The notes: generated from the letters alone by a model not told the origin. 63,880 bases of DNA, filler included, from Octopus bimaculoides (GCF_001194135.2; 8 parts of 6 records of this genome joined end to end with filler, not necessarily neighbours in it); one strand, 5' to 3'; shown: positions 1 to 13,931, numbered from the whole stretch's first letter. Numbers and translations: made by a program.

Positions 1-450
1 TATACCCTAAAAAACGAGATGATCAAGGCTGGATTGCCATTGATCATCACATCGGCTCGTTCAGGTTTGACCTGTATCAAAATAATCAATACCAAGCAAA
101 TACGAATCTTAGACATTCTAGAAATGGACCAGGTCTCCGCGAGGACAAAACAAAACAATGTAAGTAACCACTGTTCACTCATACGTGAAAAAATCTGGAG
201 GTTAATCCCTACAAGGTCCGCCTACAAGATTTTAGTGATAAGAACATACTGGCAACATAATGACTTTAATTTAGATGTCATTTCCTTTTACGACGTGAAG
301 ATCAGAACTAAATCGAATTCCACTAAGATTAAAATGAATTACTTCAATGCACCAAAGAACTTATCTTGTGTATCTGCCCTTTCAAAAAGCGTAATGGAAA
401 TTTAATGGAAATTTGATGGAAATTTGCTTGCTGTGTCTACTATATCAAAA

Positions 451-662
451 CCCCTGAAGGGAATAATACTACTGTTGGTTAGACCTAGGAAGATGCACAA
501 TTTCCTATCGGCCTTGACACATTTCCTGTGTCCTTATGTTTACAAGGGGGAGACAAGCACCTCCCCCTTGTAAACATAAGGACACAGGAAATGTGTCAAA
601 GCCTACAGGAAGCTGTGCAGCTTCCAAGGTCTAATCAACAGTAATATTATTCCCTTCAAGAG
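451..662. mobile_element. Foldback/MITE-like inverted repeat (about 102-bp arms, 8-nt loop)
   Basis: 451-552 is the reverse complement of 561-662 (e.g. ttgacacatttcctgtgtccttatgtttacaagggggag / ctcccccttgtaaacataaggacacaggaaatgtgtcaa); no coding capacity, no clear TSD. Confidence 0.75.
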
Positions 663-808
663 ACTGTCACATTAAGTTGACAGCATGCAACTACTTCATC
701 GTATCACTACTGTATAAATCTCCCTGAGAGATTTTGAAATGTATTATCTCCACGTAGTTGTTATGTCGGTTTTAATTCTGTTGTGTTCTTTCTTCTATGA
801 AGAGTTGA

Positions 809-997
809 AGGCGGCGAGCTGGTAGAATAGTAACCGCACGGGCCAAAACGCTTAGCTGTATTTCGTCCGACCTTACGTTCTGAGTTCAAACGCTGCCGAG
901 GTCATCTGTTCGGCAACGTTAAAATAAGCACCAGTTGAAAAATGGTGTCGATGTAATCAGTTTAACCCTTTCCCTAAAATTGTGCCAAAATTTAAAG
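809..997 (+). mobile_element. tRNA-derived SINE, family A
   Basis: ggcggcgagctggtagaa head, B-box-like gagttcaaac, shared body aaaataagcaccagttg...gtcgatgtaatc; about 10 similar copies in the window. Confidence 0.8.
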
Positions 998-1006
998 TCA
1001 ATATAC

Positions 1007-1110
1007 AGGGCGGTGCAGAAGTAACGCTGTTTTTGCATTCAATAACTTTCATAGTATGTAAGTGTTTATGAAGTAATTTTTTACTGAACACAAAGTTATT
1101 GCATTACTTA
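1007..1110 (+). mobile_element. Possible Tc1/mariner terminal fragment
   Basis: TA followed by cagggcggtgcagaagtaac, resembling Tc1/mariner TIR starts; no partner TIR found. Confidence 0.3.
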
Positions 1111-2073
1111 AAAAAAACAAATAATAAACTAATTAAAAAAAAAAAACTCACAGAAATTTTAGGAAATAAAAAAGAAACTCAATTAGAAACTAGAAAACTC
1201 AAATACAAAATGTTTATGTAGAATTTACACAATAAATTGCGTCATGTTGAAATGGGTTTTCTTTATTTTATTTTATTATTACCTTTACTAGCATCTGTGA
1301 AAGAAGGTGGCTTTGTGTGTAAAATGTTCGATTCACAATTAAAAGGTTCTGAGTTCGTTTCTTGGAGTGCGGGACGTTTCGGGACCTTGTGCAAAGCGCT
1401 TCAATTCACGTTGTTCCCGTACGTGTAACTGAAATATGTAATGAGAACAAGCTCAGTGCTGGCGAAATATTTTACTCTCCAGCCATAACGTTCTCTATAT
1501 TCCACTGGAATAAGAAGTAGGTGGGTTAGAAATCTATCTACACCTTCTCCGGTGCATATAGTTGTCAAACATTTAGTGAAAGCATAGTAAATGTTTCTAA
1601 AGCATACACGCTCGCGATTCATGGCTATAGTATATTTATCGGTATCTGAATAAATTTATACGAATACATAAATATCCTTATGTAGGCGTTCGCAATTTCA
1701 TAATAGTCATATGTAACTGAAACCTCTAAATCTACCGGTTGGTGAATGGAAAATTAATTAATCACAGAAGAAGAGATCTGAACAAACATAAGCAATGAGA
1801 ATAAGTAACTACGCGTAAAGTGGCATCACGAGAGTGGGAGAGTTGATAGTGTTATGTTTTGTGGGGGAAGGATATAAAGCAAAGTGCGTATATATGCATG
1901 TCTGTTCGTGTGTGTGATTTTGTGTGTGAGTGTGTGTGTGTGAAAATCGGACGACTTTTGTGAGCAGACAAAAGGTGGCCAGATTGAGAGAAAGTTTCTT
2001 TTTAATAGCTATATTTGCATACACTCAACCACATGCACACACGCGCACGCATGTAGACACACAAACACACACA

Positions 2074-2106
<33 letters not shown>

Positions 2107-2557
2107 GCGTGCGGCACACGCATGCATGCATGTACATACACACGACGGAAATTCACATAGACATAAGTTACATACTCCATGTTTGTTATACTCATGTTTT
2201 GAGTCTAACTTTCCTGTTTGCATCAATATATATATATATNNNNNNNNNNNNNNNNNNNNNNNNNNNNNNNNNNNNNNNNNNNNNNNNNNNNNNNNNNNNN
2301 NNNNNNNNNNNNNNNNNNNNNNNNNNNNNNNNNNNNNNNNNNNNNNNNNNNNNNNNNNNNNNNNNNNNNNNNNNNNNNNNNNNNNNNNNNNNNNNNNNNN
2401 NNNNNNNNNNNNNNNNNNNNNNNNNNNNNNNNNNNNNNNNNNNNNNNNNNNNNNNNNNNNNNNNNNNNNNNNNNNNNNNNNNNNNNNNNNNNNNNNNNNN
2501 NNNNNNNNNNNNNNNNNNNNNNNNNNNNNNNNNNNNNNNNNATATATATATATATAT

Positions 2558-2833
2558 AGCGTGGAAGCTGTTTATAAACCATTCAAAAAATACGCACAAA
2601 AACCGTTAGATTCACTCCAACATTTAAATTTAATTTGCCAAAATATTTTCGTCGCTTTCGAACCGCGACCCGTTCACTGACAACATTTCGTGCTGCATGG
2701 AATTTTGTCAGTGCACAGGTCGCGGTTTCAAAACAACGAAAATATTTTGGCAAAAATTAAATTTAAATGTTGAAGTGAATCTAACGGTTTTTGTGTCTTT
2801 GATTTTTAATGGCTTATAAACACCTTCCACGCT
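2558..2833. mobile_element. Foldback MITE (about 125-bp arms)
   Basis: agcgtggaagctgtttataaaccatt... matches the reverse complement of ...aatggcttataaacaccttccacgct; arms pair inward to a short central loop; sits against a TA run. Confidence 0.8.
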
Positions 2834-2956
2834 GCAAGTCTCCTTCTATGCAAGTACATGTTCGTGATAAATATATATATATATTCATATGCATACATAA
2901 TGTATATACACATGCATGGATATATCTACATATACCTACACACGCGCGCGTACACG

Positions 2957-2988
<32 letters not shown>

Positions 2989-4292
2989 GACATATAATCT
3001 GACGGACATAGAGACATAGAAACAGACAGATAGATTGACAGATTGCTAGGTAGATAAATAGTAGCAAAGAGAGAGAGAGAGAGACACACACACACACAAA
3101 CAGAGAAGTATAAATAGAGAGGCAGAGACAGACAAACTGACACAGAGGCGGGTGAGATCAAAACAGAACATTATACAGGAAAATATATCAATGCAACAGA
3201 GATGTAGCATGCAGTCTAGAGTTCAGATTGAAATTTCAAGCATTAATCTTCCACCATTACTGAATATAATCCATGCAGTGTTTGAGTGATTTAACAACGA
3301 TAAATCTTTGGCTGCCAGAAAGATGTTGTGTTGATGAAAGGAAGATGAAAAAAAAAAACAATAATAATAATAATGTGAAAAGGGATTATGACGTGATTCT
3401 TTGATGCAGGAGCCAATTAGTTACCTGTGGTGGTGAAAGTTTTACACCATATTGGACTTGAGTCTTATTTTGTAGTTAGAAGCTGGTGTTTTTTTTTTTG
3501 TTTTTATATTTATTATATTTTATGCGGTTTCGCACATATATAAATACGCATCTTCACATCATATTCACACAATCACGTCACATAGACTATCTCACAATCA
3601 CTGAGTGCATTAGTGTGTGTATGTGTGTGTGTGTGTGTGCATGCATGGGCGCATATGTGGTGATTGCACGTACATACATATATATTGCGATGTGTGTGTG
3701 TGTGTGTGTGTGTTTGTGTGCGTACGTGTCCATATACGTTATATGCAAGCTTGAGAGTAAGCACCCGTGATAATTCGTGTCTCTGTGCATACTATATATT
3801 GACATATATTGACATTTATCATCACTATATAAACGCTTCTAAGCATATGTATACAGTACAATGCAAACGTTTTCGGCCACTTAAAACTATTGTAAATTTC
3901 TACTAATTGCCAAATTAGAAATGGATGTTTCGCATTGCCTTTTTTACAGATGAAACATTGGCATTGTTGGAGTCGTTTCCATACCTAATCATTATATCTT
4001 GTAGTAGAGGTTCTGAATGAGAGAGGCAGATGCGAGACGACCACGAAAAATGGCCGTGCAAATGTTTTCGGCCTTCTCACATAAAGCTGTCAAGATACAG
4101 TGTTCTAAAACAGAAAAATGTCTATAATAAAAATTCATTTCATAATGTTCTTTTCAAGAAGTTACTGTACATTGTTAATATTTCGTGTGGCTTCCATTAT
4201 TTTGAGTCATTTATATGTGTATGTATGTGTATGCACGTACATATCCGTACATCTGAGCGCGTGTGTATATACGTATGCATATGTAGATGAAT

Positions 4293-4333
<41 letters not shown>

Positions 4334-4831
4334 CGTATATATATANNNNNNNNNNNNNNNNNNNNNNNNNNNNNNNNNNNNNNNNNNNNNNNNNNNNNNN
4401 NNNNNNNNNNNNNNNNNNNNNNNNNNNNNNNNNNNNNNNNNNNNNNNNNNNNNNNNNNNNNNNNNNNNNNNNNNNNNNNNNNNNNNNNNNNNNNNNNNNN
4501 NNNNNNNNNNNNNNNNNNNNNNNNNNNNNNNNNNNNNNNNNNNNNNNNNNNNNNNNNNNNNNNNNNNNNNNNNNNNNNNNNNNNNNNNNNNNNNNNNNNN
4601 NNNNNNNNNNNNNNNNNNNNNNNNNNNNNNNNNNNNNNNNNNNNNNNNNNNNNNNNNNNNNNNNNNNNNNNNNNNNNNNNNNNNNNNNNNNNNNNNNNNN
4701 NNNNNNNNNNNNNNNNNNNNNNNNNNNNNNNNNNNNNNNNNNNNNNNNNNNNNNNNNNNNNNNNNNNNNNNNNNNNNNNNNNNNNNNNNNNNNNNNNNNN
4801 NNNNNNNNNNNNNNNNNNNNNNNNNNNNNNN

Positions 4832-4868
<37 letters not shown>

Positions 4869-4892
4869 CATATGTATGTGTACGTGAGTGTA

Positions 4893-4988
4893 TATCTATA
4901 TATATATAAAAGAGAAATACTGTCCATTCGTGTGTTTGTTTGTTTGTCCATCAAAATGAAAGTAAATGCTTGAAGGGAAGCTATTATG
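4893..4988 (+). repeat. Helitron-like 5' end / first copy of a 70-bp direct repeat
   Basis: tctatatatatataaaag...ctgtccattcgtgtgtttgtttgtttgtccatcaaaatgaaagtaaatg, repeated at 6300-6372. Confidence 0.5.
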
Positions 4989-5026
4989 TATATGCACGTA
5001 TGTATCTATCTACTATTATATATATA

Positions 5027-6293
5027 CACAGACTTGCGGGTAGTAAATAGACACCTTTAATTTTCAAAATCTTTTATTTAATACGAAAGCGAACATTTGA
5101 AATGTATATAGGACTACATACTTCAGTATTAAGTTGACATTTCCTTTCCAGTTTTTAATACAGAAATCCTTTTTGGCATTGAGCTGATGAACTTTGTGAT
5201 TGTCTCTTGTGGAATTTCTGGCTACTTTTCACGCAACAATCAAAACAATTCATCTTTAGATTTAGATTTCTCTCGAATTTTTCGTATAGCTTTATCTAGT
5301 ATGTTCCAAAGATTTTCAATTTGGTTCTTGTCAGGAAATTGGCTCGATCAAGGAAGGTTTTTGATCCCATTTTTAGTCAGCTATTGTTTATTCGTATTCG
5401 CTGTGTGGCATGGAACCCCATCTTCTATGAATAAAGACTCATTTTTCGTTATGTCATCGTGTGAATACACCAGAAGTATTCCTTGCTTAAGTATTTCGAT
5501 GTATTTTTTCAGAGTTTATGGCTCCAACACATTCGATCATCCCAGAATAACCATTGCTGGGGACAGCTGCCCATATCATTACAGAGATACCGCCATATTT
5601 CACAGTTGGTTGGGGATGTTTCAAATCAAATTCTTGATTGGGAAGCCTCCAGACTCAAACACGTCCACAGTCTGAAAATAATGCTAATCTGGATTTATCT
5701 GAGAAAATCACTCTATCCCAAAATGAACTGAATTTTTCTGACATCTCCTTGGTCCATTTCTTTCTTTTCATGATATTAATTGGTTGAAGGAGAGGGTTTC
5801 TTCTAGCTGCTCGACCATAATACCCAAGTTTATGCAGATATGTAACACGTTCTTGAACTAACTTCTTGCTGTTTTGCAACGTCAGAAGCTTTTGACCATG
5901 GTTGGTTTTCCACAAATCTCTTCAAACAGGAAAGCTTCTTTCCGAGGGCCCAGGTCGGCCGGGACGAGAATCTGTTTATTCTTTTCCTTGGCTTTTGAAT
6001 TGCACTATAATTCTACTAACAGTAGCAAGAGGAATTTGAAGACTTTCGGCAGTTTTTCGCTGGCTAAGACCCGCCTCAGATTGCCCAACAATACGACCGC
6101 TTTGAAAATTTGAGAGTTCTGCTGAATGTCTTGTGCGTGGCATAGCTACTCTTCGCAAATGTTTAATATAATGGCACCTGGAATGAAAAAGAATGATTAC
6201 ATTGTAAATTCTACACCGCTGAAAACATATTAAGACGTTTAGAACACGAATTTTGAAAATTAAATGTGTCTATATACTTCCTGCATATCTGTG
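5027..6293 (-). mobile_element. Tc1 (DD34E) transposon, complete but decayed
   Basis: About 45-bp imperfect TIRs (cacagacttgcgggtagtaaatagacacc / rc cacagatatgcaggaagtatatagacaca). Minus-strand transposase pieces: [23 protein letters not shown]..., GYYGRAARRNPLL, WDRVIFSDKS, EDGVPCHTA, LP*SSQFPDKNQIENLW; stops and frameshifts present. Confidence 0.92.
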
Positions 6294-6383
6294 CAGTCTC
6301 TGTCCGTTTGTGTGCTTGTTCGTTTGTTTGTCCATCAAAATGAAAGTAAATGATTCAATGGAAGCTATTATGCTTTTTCTATA

Positions 6384-6665
6384 TTTCCTGTTATGCTATT
6401 GCCTAATTCGTCTGAACAAAAATTATGCAACGGTACAACACTAGTTGTGCACAAACGTATGAGGAAATTATTGAGTCAAATTTTCTCACTGGTTGTAGTA
6501 AAAGTAACACCATCTTCGATCCTCGCATACCTGTTATACCATCTAAGGTCCCATTCCACTTTAAGCCATTACATTTTCCTATCCCACTTTCTTTTGACAT
6601 GAGCATTAATAAAACTCAGAGCCAAACATTAACAGTTACTGAGTTGCAACTTGAAGAACAAACAG
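6384..6665 (+). pseudogene. Helitron PIF1-type helicase C-terminal remnant
   Basis: PVMLLPNS..KLCNGTTLVV, frameshift, then IIESNFLTGCSKSNTIFDPRIPVIPSKVPFHFKPLHFPIPLSFDMSINKTQSQTL, matching the Helitron pattern LCNGTRL...PRIPLIP...FPVRLAFAMTINKSQGQTL. Confidence 0.85.
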
Positions 6666-7126
6666 AAGTTCGGATGTGAAATACATCTTTTTCTACTACA
6701 ATTATTACATTTTTTTCTCTTATATAATAATACATACAGGATTAGTAAACCTGTAGTCGTAGTCTCACCCCGGTTCAGATTCGAACTGAATCTTTCAATT
6801 CTCCTTGGGTATACTCAAATGTAAAAAACTAACCGCGGCAAATGGGACTTCCACTAAAAGTGTAGTCTTCTCAGTGCCATGAAACAGTCACCTGGATTCC
6901 GTAAAGGTATTCTTCTACATGATACAGCAATTCTTCTAACTTCATTCATATTCAAACCGAATCTTTCAGTTGTCCTTTGGCATGCTTCTATTCAAACGTC
7001 AAAAGGAAAGGAACAGCGACAAATGGATGCTCCACTTGACTTGGAATCTCGCTTTTTAGTACCATCGCAGTCACCTGGATTTTGTAAAGCTATTCTATAT
7101 GATATACCCATTTTGCTAGTGTATAT

Positions 7127-7203
<77 letters not shown>

Positions 7204-7625
7204 TGAGCGTGCGTATCTGTGTATGTGTTCGGGCGTTGGATCTCAAAGGTCAGCTAAGGAAAATCACACGCGTAACTGGACATGAAGAACAAATCAGCAG
7301 TATGAAGAAGTAAAATGCCAATCCTTTTAAAACGGCAACCACCTTAACATTGCCAGAATCGCCATCCCACTACCTATACACATTCAAAGCAGTTTGCCAA
7401 CAACACTGCAGCAACTACACATTCCGATAAACTCAGTAACTATTACTAGATTCAGACTACGACAGACAAATAGAGCGAATGTTCTCGAAGCCGCGGATTT
7501 CAATCTTACGGAGACAATATTTACATATCGACTAAGGAAACACAACTAGATCTCATAATCAGTGAAACAATTGTATAATCAAGTATCTGCAGTCCTGGAG
7601 AACTACGTTGCGTGGAAACAACAAC

Positions 7626-7883
7626 TGTAGTGATTAAAAACATAAATGTTCAGCCGTACCCCTTCTTTATTGACTCTCTCCCTCACTCCTCCTCCCTTAC
7701 TCACGTGGCTCTCACTTGACCATCGGCCATGTTTCTTTCTTCTCCTAACCTTTGTTTCTTTCTTTCTCTCTGTTGTAGCTGGAACAAGGAAGACGTGTTC
7801 TTGTCTGTTCCCTGTCAAGCTATAATCAGGAACGTATAATTCCCCTGTCCAATAATAATCAGGAATGTACACTGCACACTACA
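7626..7883 (-). mobile_element. Possible solo LTR
   Basis: Termini TGTAGTG...CACTACA, AATAAA on the minus strand; no TSD found. Confidence 0.3.
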
Positions 7884-9249
7884 TCGTAAACCTTTCTGCA
7901 GCAAGTAACACATCCCGGTAACATACAATTACTGCACACTTCATTACACCCACGACGCAGTCTGGCGACGAAGGTCTGCTCCAGTGTTCTGTGCTCAAGA
8001 AATAACAGTTAAATCTCCCTCACATTGTACGCTGTAGATTAACATAATGCAGTTCAACATGCACTATATCTACAAAATGTAAATTAAATGATAGCAGGTT
8101 CATAGCTGCTATGACTTTCATCATTGCTCAGTTCGATTAGGCTGACCTGAGGCTATATACTGCCAACAAAATATAACTATATTATACAACAAATCAAGCA
8201 AAGAATGAATGCTGTACGTGCTAATTCGGTCTGCTAAAAATCGCAGGGAATGTTATAATACTAGCGTTTCCTTAATAAATTATATTTGAACAAAATACAG
8301 GAAAGATTCTTTTGATTCTAGATAGATCAACTTCGAATGTGGTTAACATGTTGCAATTTGAACAATGAGTGTTTTGATCTACCTAGTCTGTGAAATAACT
8401 AGGTGCATAACAAACATATTTTTCATCATGCTAAAACTGGGGTTAATAGCTACAACAATAGGATAGGAGTGAAGTATCAATTAGCCATATCTACTGGCAT
8501 TCAGGAAATGCACAGAAAATTATATGATCTCCAAGCCCCACTTGTACTCATATTCCTCGCAAGTATGATAATGAAATTTTCCAATGACTAATACTGCATT
8601 TTTCTTGCCGTATAATTATTTCTTCAGCATCGGACGAAACGTCCTATGGTATTGGTTTCAACTTCAGGCGATCTAATTCTAAATCTCAGTTGAACTTTGC
8701 ATCTTATTCTTCCCTGCCAATGACATAAAATAACAAAACTCAGGGATATACACTGGGCACATTGTTAGAATTATGGACAAATGCTTTGTAGAGTTTGTTC
8801 TGGCATTTTTTTTTTTGCTTAAAGTGCACTAGTGGGTATAGTGGCATGCATGTATCTGCTCACAAGATTCGGTCTTGTAAAAGGCGAAGAAAGGCAAAAG
8901 AAAACCACTTTTATGGTCACCCGGAAACTTCTATGAAAATCACATTGTGGTGGTCAAACAAGTCACTAGATACCGTTTGTCAATTTGATGGTACCTGCAA
9001 GAAAGTTTTGTTATGTTCCATGCATGAAATAACGTTTTTCTTTCATCTTTTACCTTTTCCATACTTCAGATATATTCACAAGTCTTGAATGTTTCTTTCA
9101 CCACTTCTTCAAAGAAATCAGTGAAGCTAATATATAGTGGATTAGATCATAAGTGGGGTTAAACGTGCATCTGTACATATGTATGCTCGTATGCGTGCAA
9201 GCATGTCTGTTTATATATATCATTCATCAATATACATAAGTCAAATAAG

Positions 9250-9460
9250 TTGGTGGACTGGCAGAATCATTAGCGCGCTGGGCAGAATGCTTAGCAGCAT
9301 ATTCTACGCTTTAACGTTCTGATTTCAAATACAGATGAGGTCGACTTCACCTTTCATCCTTTCGGAGTGGATAAAATAAGTACCAGTTGAACCTTGAGGT
9401 TGATATAATCGACTTACACCGTTCCGAAATTGTTTGGTTTGAGCCAAAATTTGAAACCGA
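9250..9460 (+). mobile_element. SINE family A
   Basis: ctggcagaatcattagc...gaggtcgacttcacctttcatcctttcggagtggataaaataagtaccagttg. Confidence 0.8.
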
Positions 9461-12400
9461 CATATGTAAGCTAACGTTACACACAACGGTGGGAAAGCGA
9501 AAGAACCAATGTCACTATGGCCGTTATAGTTACGTTGAATCAATGATTGATCTGTGGGGAATGTGTAACCAACTACGCCAGCGTACACACATCGCATATC
9601 TGAGAAACAAATTCATGCACCAGATAGCAGTACCAATGTCTGGTGAAATGTAATCTATATTAGAATAGATAAAATAACAGATGATTCAGAACTCTATAAT
9701 TAACCTGGATAGATAATTCTTATTTTAACGTATCGGTGGTAATAAAACTGCATCTTTATTCGTGTTCCCCTTATACTATCTGTCTATGTATGCATTCATT
9801 GAGCTAAGCGTACATACATACATACATACATACATACATACATACATGTGTTTATGTATATGTATATTTTGTGTATGTATATATATTGTGTACATATATG
9901 TGTACATACACACTCGCACACACACACACATGTATATATATATATATATATATTCATTCTGCAAATCTGTCTGCAAGCTCTCGCTTTAATCTGATTTGCA
10001 ACTTCATTCGCAATAATAATTATTACATTTTGTTTTTATGTGACCCATTGTACGTGAGTTCTTTTAATGTCACTGATAATTGTGTATCGCAGATAGTAAT
10101 AACTTTGTATAGTTTTTGAAAGAAGTCTTATTGAGGATAAATTTTTAATGTTTATTTTATATCAGTTAAGAAAATAGTATATGAATATTATTGGAGCAGC
10201 AACTACTACACAATGTCCGGTAATAAAAAGGGTTTTATGGAATGAATACATGGATTTATGAAGAAAGATTTAAGGTTTTGTGAATGTTTGCATAAGTAAA
10301 ACAGCTAAAGAACGTGGGGGACAAAATGTTAGGTACTTTGTTATTTCTCTGTTGCGAACCGTATTTCAATGCAATGACTCATGCATCCTCACCCTTACCT
10401 TCTTTACCGAGCGAAACTCATTTTAAGGTGAAGATGTTTCACTCATTGTATTGAAATACGATTCTCACTGAGACAAAGAAATGATTGATTTAATTGTTTC
10501 TGACGAAATTGATACAGTATGACATCGGATATTCATAAAGCGAGTTCATTGCTATTTTAAACAATTGAAAACGGTTTAAATTTTCACCTGTACCTGTTTG
10601 AATTGTTGTTCACTTTTCGAAATATTTCAGGTAAAAACGATTAAGAGCACGTATACACTCGCATCCAGTCCGGCCCCATATACACAGACACAAACACTCT
10701 CCAACATATATTCTTTTGTACACGCACATATAAATAGATATGCAGGTCCATGTATATGTATATGTATCGTTCTTTTTGCTTTAGTAATCCATGCGCATGC
10801 TAGTTCTTATCATCTTAGTATTTCATTAAAATGACACAGAATCAAACGGACTTTTTAATTATTTTAATCTGAAATTAGGTACATTATCAGTCGACAGAGC
10901 ATTCCCATTGCCAGTTATCAGATTCACATTGATAACATCCCCAACAGATATATTAAATCATGATTGTGATATAAGTGTCTGGTTCTTCTCTGTTAATCTA
11001 ATCGATTGTAAGTTCTAATTTTTGCGTTACATTTCCGCCCAATTTGCTTATGCTTTTTCTTGTTGTTGTTGGAGATGATGTTAATAATTTGTAAATTAAT
11101 GTTATATACTATATTTTTGAACTTGGAGCCGAATTTGGAGTCGGGTTTAAGATTCAGGCAAGAAAGGAATAGAGAGAGGGGAATCACCTTGTAACACTCC
11201 TCCTCTAATTATATATATAAAAATGTTTAATCTTAATGTTTCTCTCTCGTGCTATGTGCAGAATTCTTTGTCATTTACTCAGGACATTTTAAATATAACT
11301 TCTTATTGCTAGTGCTATCCTGCACATAACTTCTGATCTACGTGAGGGGTAATACTGTAATAAGGTGTCTGGTAGTTTACCCATCTTCTATTTACCTCAA
11401 TTTTATCTCAATTTACACCCTTCGCTTATTGCTTTACTCATTAATAATTGAACTTTACAAACATATAAACCCGTGCAATACACATTGTATTTCCTGGAAA
11501 TATCTTGTTTTTGTCTCTGTATATTCTCCGTTATTTTAGTTACGATTCGAAATGCAGTAGAGAAGCACGTTTTGGAATTTTGCTGTTTATGGATTACTGA
11601 TTTTGTTACTCTTGTGACTTATGAGAGTTTTCCTCATAGAGCGCTTGATAGGTAGTGACCCCGGTTCCCTTAGTATCTTATGAAACTTCTCTGTGAACTT
11701 TCCAAGAGTCTGCGTCAAGCAGAAGTTATTTGGTTTTTTTGCGGTGTCTGGACTATATTTTGCGGTGTTATGCCATCCTACTATTATACAGATGTGTTTG
11801 TTATCTTGAGTAATCTCATCCAATATAATTTCTTTGTATCCAACATTTCTCTTCAGAATTTTTCTTCTTCTTTGACTTCGGATACTGTTTTGATACCTAT
11901 TACATTTCTTACTTAATTCCTAATTAAAATAATTTTGGTTTGGAGTTGAACTGTTAATTTCTGTTGTACCATTTTCTACCGACAGACACTTTTCCGACTT
12001 TCCAAGAATCTATTACTTCAACCGTTCTTCGTTATTAATAAATCGATGCTTGCACGGTAATCAACGACAATCAAAACGATAACATACATGTTTATTGCCA
12101 ATACATTCCGGCACTCTCGACCATGAATATGCTAATCGTTGTTGTATTTTGTGGCGAGAGGACGATTTCTCCCTCCAGACGAATGTGTGTTCATATTTTA
12201 CGCGATTCACTTGAACAAGGGTTCTTTGGGACACTGGTTTCTCGGGCTTGTTGTGTGTCTCCGCAGCCAAAGCTATCTAGGGCAAATGAATCTAACAAGC
12301 ATTAACTAGTGGGATAGTCCAAAAATGGACAAAAAGTAAAATAAATGTTCTAGTGGAGTTTCGAGAGAGAGGATTATAGATATGTTCTAGAAATTCCGAG

Positions 12401-13409
12401 TTTGACATAATTATCAAGGAAATATTGCCAGTCTGAAACCTCATCAAACATGGAACTGCCACGAGTCGTTTCTGTCAAAGACTTGATGCCTGAACAGCAG
12501 AAAGATGAAACCGATCCGCACGACTCCGAGACCGAACCTTAGTGATATATGAAGTAGTTTTACATTTATCTTGTTAAACAGCCGTTACCTTGCGTAGGAT
12601 GTATCTGACTATCGGCACAGTCCAACGAAAAAAAAAAGGAAAAACACTCCGTTACTTTTATTCGAATAAGAAGTGCTAATATTTCGTTTCTAGTGAGGCA
12701 TCTATGAAGAACACAGTCGTGTAGTCGACGAGGCAGAAAGGAATGGAAACAAGTACTACACTCTTTTGGGAGAAACTTTATCAACGTCTTCATGATTTGG
12801 TATGGCGAGCAGGTTAAGGGTGAAGATAGGTGGGTGGACCACGCATTAATATGGGTAAGAGTGGTGAATATGACTAATGGGTCAGCTTTGATTTCATATT
12901 CGCATATAGACTTTCATATTCTGTAAACATTTCTTTGTTTTCATTCTTGCTATCCATTGCAATATAAAGACGCATAGTTTTTGTAACACGTCCGTGTAAT
13001 ATCTCCTGCTCGTTCACGTTTGCGGCAGACAAAAGAAATTTTACAGCATTCGACATTGTGAATCGAGGTATTTGTTCCGATATTTTGTGTTATATGTTCA
13101 AACCACTCTGTAGTTAACTTTGCATTTCGCATCTGTCGAAACGTTGAATTTAATTAATTATCAGCAATAGTGTCGATCTCCTACTGTTCTCTGTCTTCAA
13201 AGTCCTTCTGGATATGTAAGACACCATTATTAATTGATTCCTATTTCAAGGTTAGAATTATATTTCCAACATCGAGAAATTAAATACTAATTATGAATTA
13301 AAAGTAATTTTAGTTGTTCATATATTCTTAATTATCTGTGCATTTTCACTAAGGAGAGATGTCATCATCATCCCTACCTACAGTAACATGATTATCATCA
13401 TTATAATTG

Positions 13410-13440
13410 TCACTTTTATCATCATCGTCCATCATCATCT

Positions 13441-13521
<81 letters not shown>

Positions 13522-13839
13522 TTTGGTCTCTTCTATACAGACTTCATGATGATTCAATGTTCAAAATGCAGCTGAAAACCAATCGTCCTGCTGCTGCCGC
13601 CGCTGCTACCGCCGCTGCTACCGCCGCTGCTACCGCCACTGCTGTCGCCTCTGCTGCTTCTCCCCTCCCCACTCCTCCTCCTCCTCATCATCTTCATCAT
13701 CATCATATTTTCATCCCGAACTCGGTAATACAAAATACCAGACGCCTACTAGTGTCGATTGTGAGGACCGTCTAGAACTAGTTGACTTTGCAACTACATT
13801 GGAAACAATTATTGCTACTGTTGTTGTTGTTACTATTAC

Positions 13840-13931
<92 letters not shown>

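Noticed and set aside
19-405. 128-aa ORF
   Set aside because: No recognisable motif; it runs through a consensus splice donor and another frame looks equally or more plausible.
11540-12060. Possible decayed LINE apurinic endonuclease on the minus strand (LDEITQDNKHICIIVG)
   Set aside because: Similarity too weak to support without a profile search.
12424-12542. Short open frame KYCQSETSSNMELPRVVSVKDLMPEQQKDETDPHDSETEP*; similar frames at 8630-8730 and 17520-17650
   Set aside because: No convincing splice signals or homology; expected by chance.
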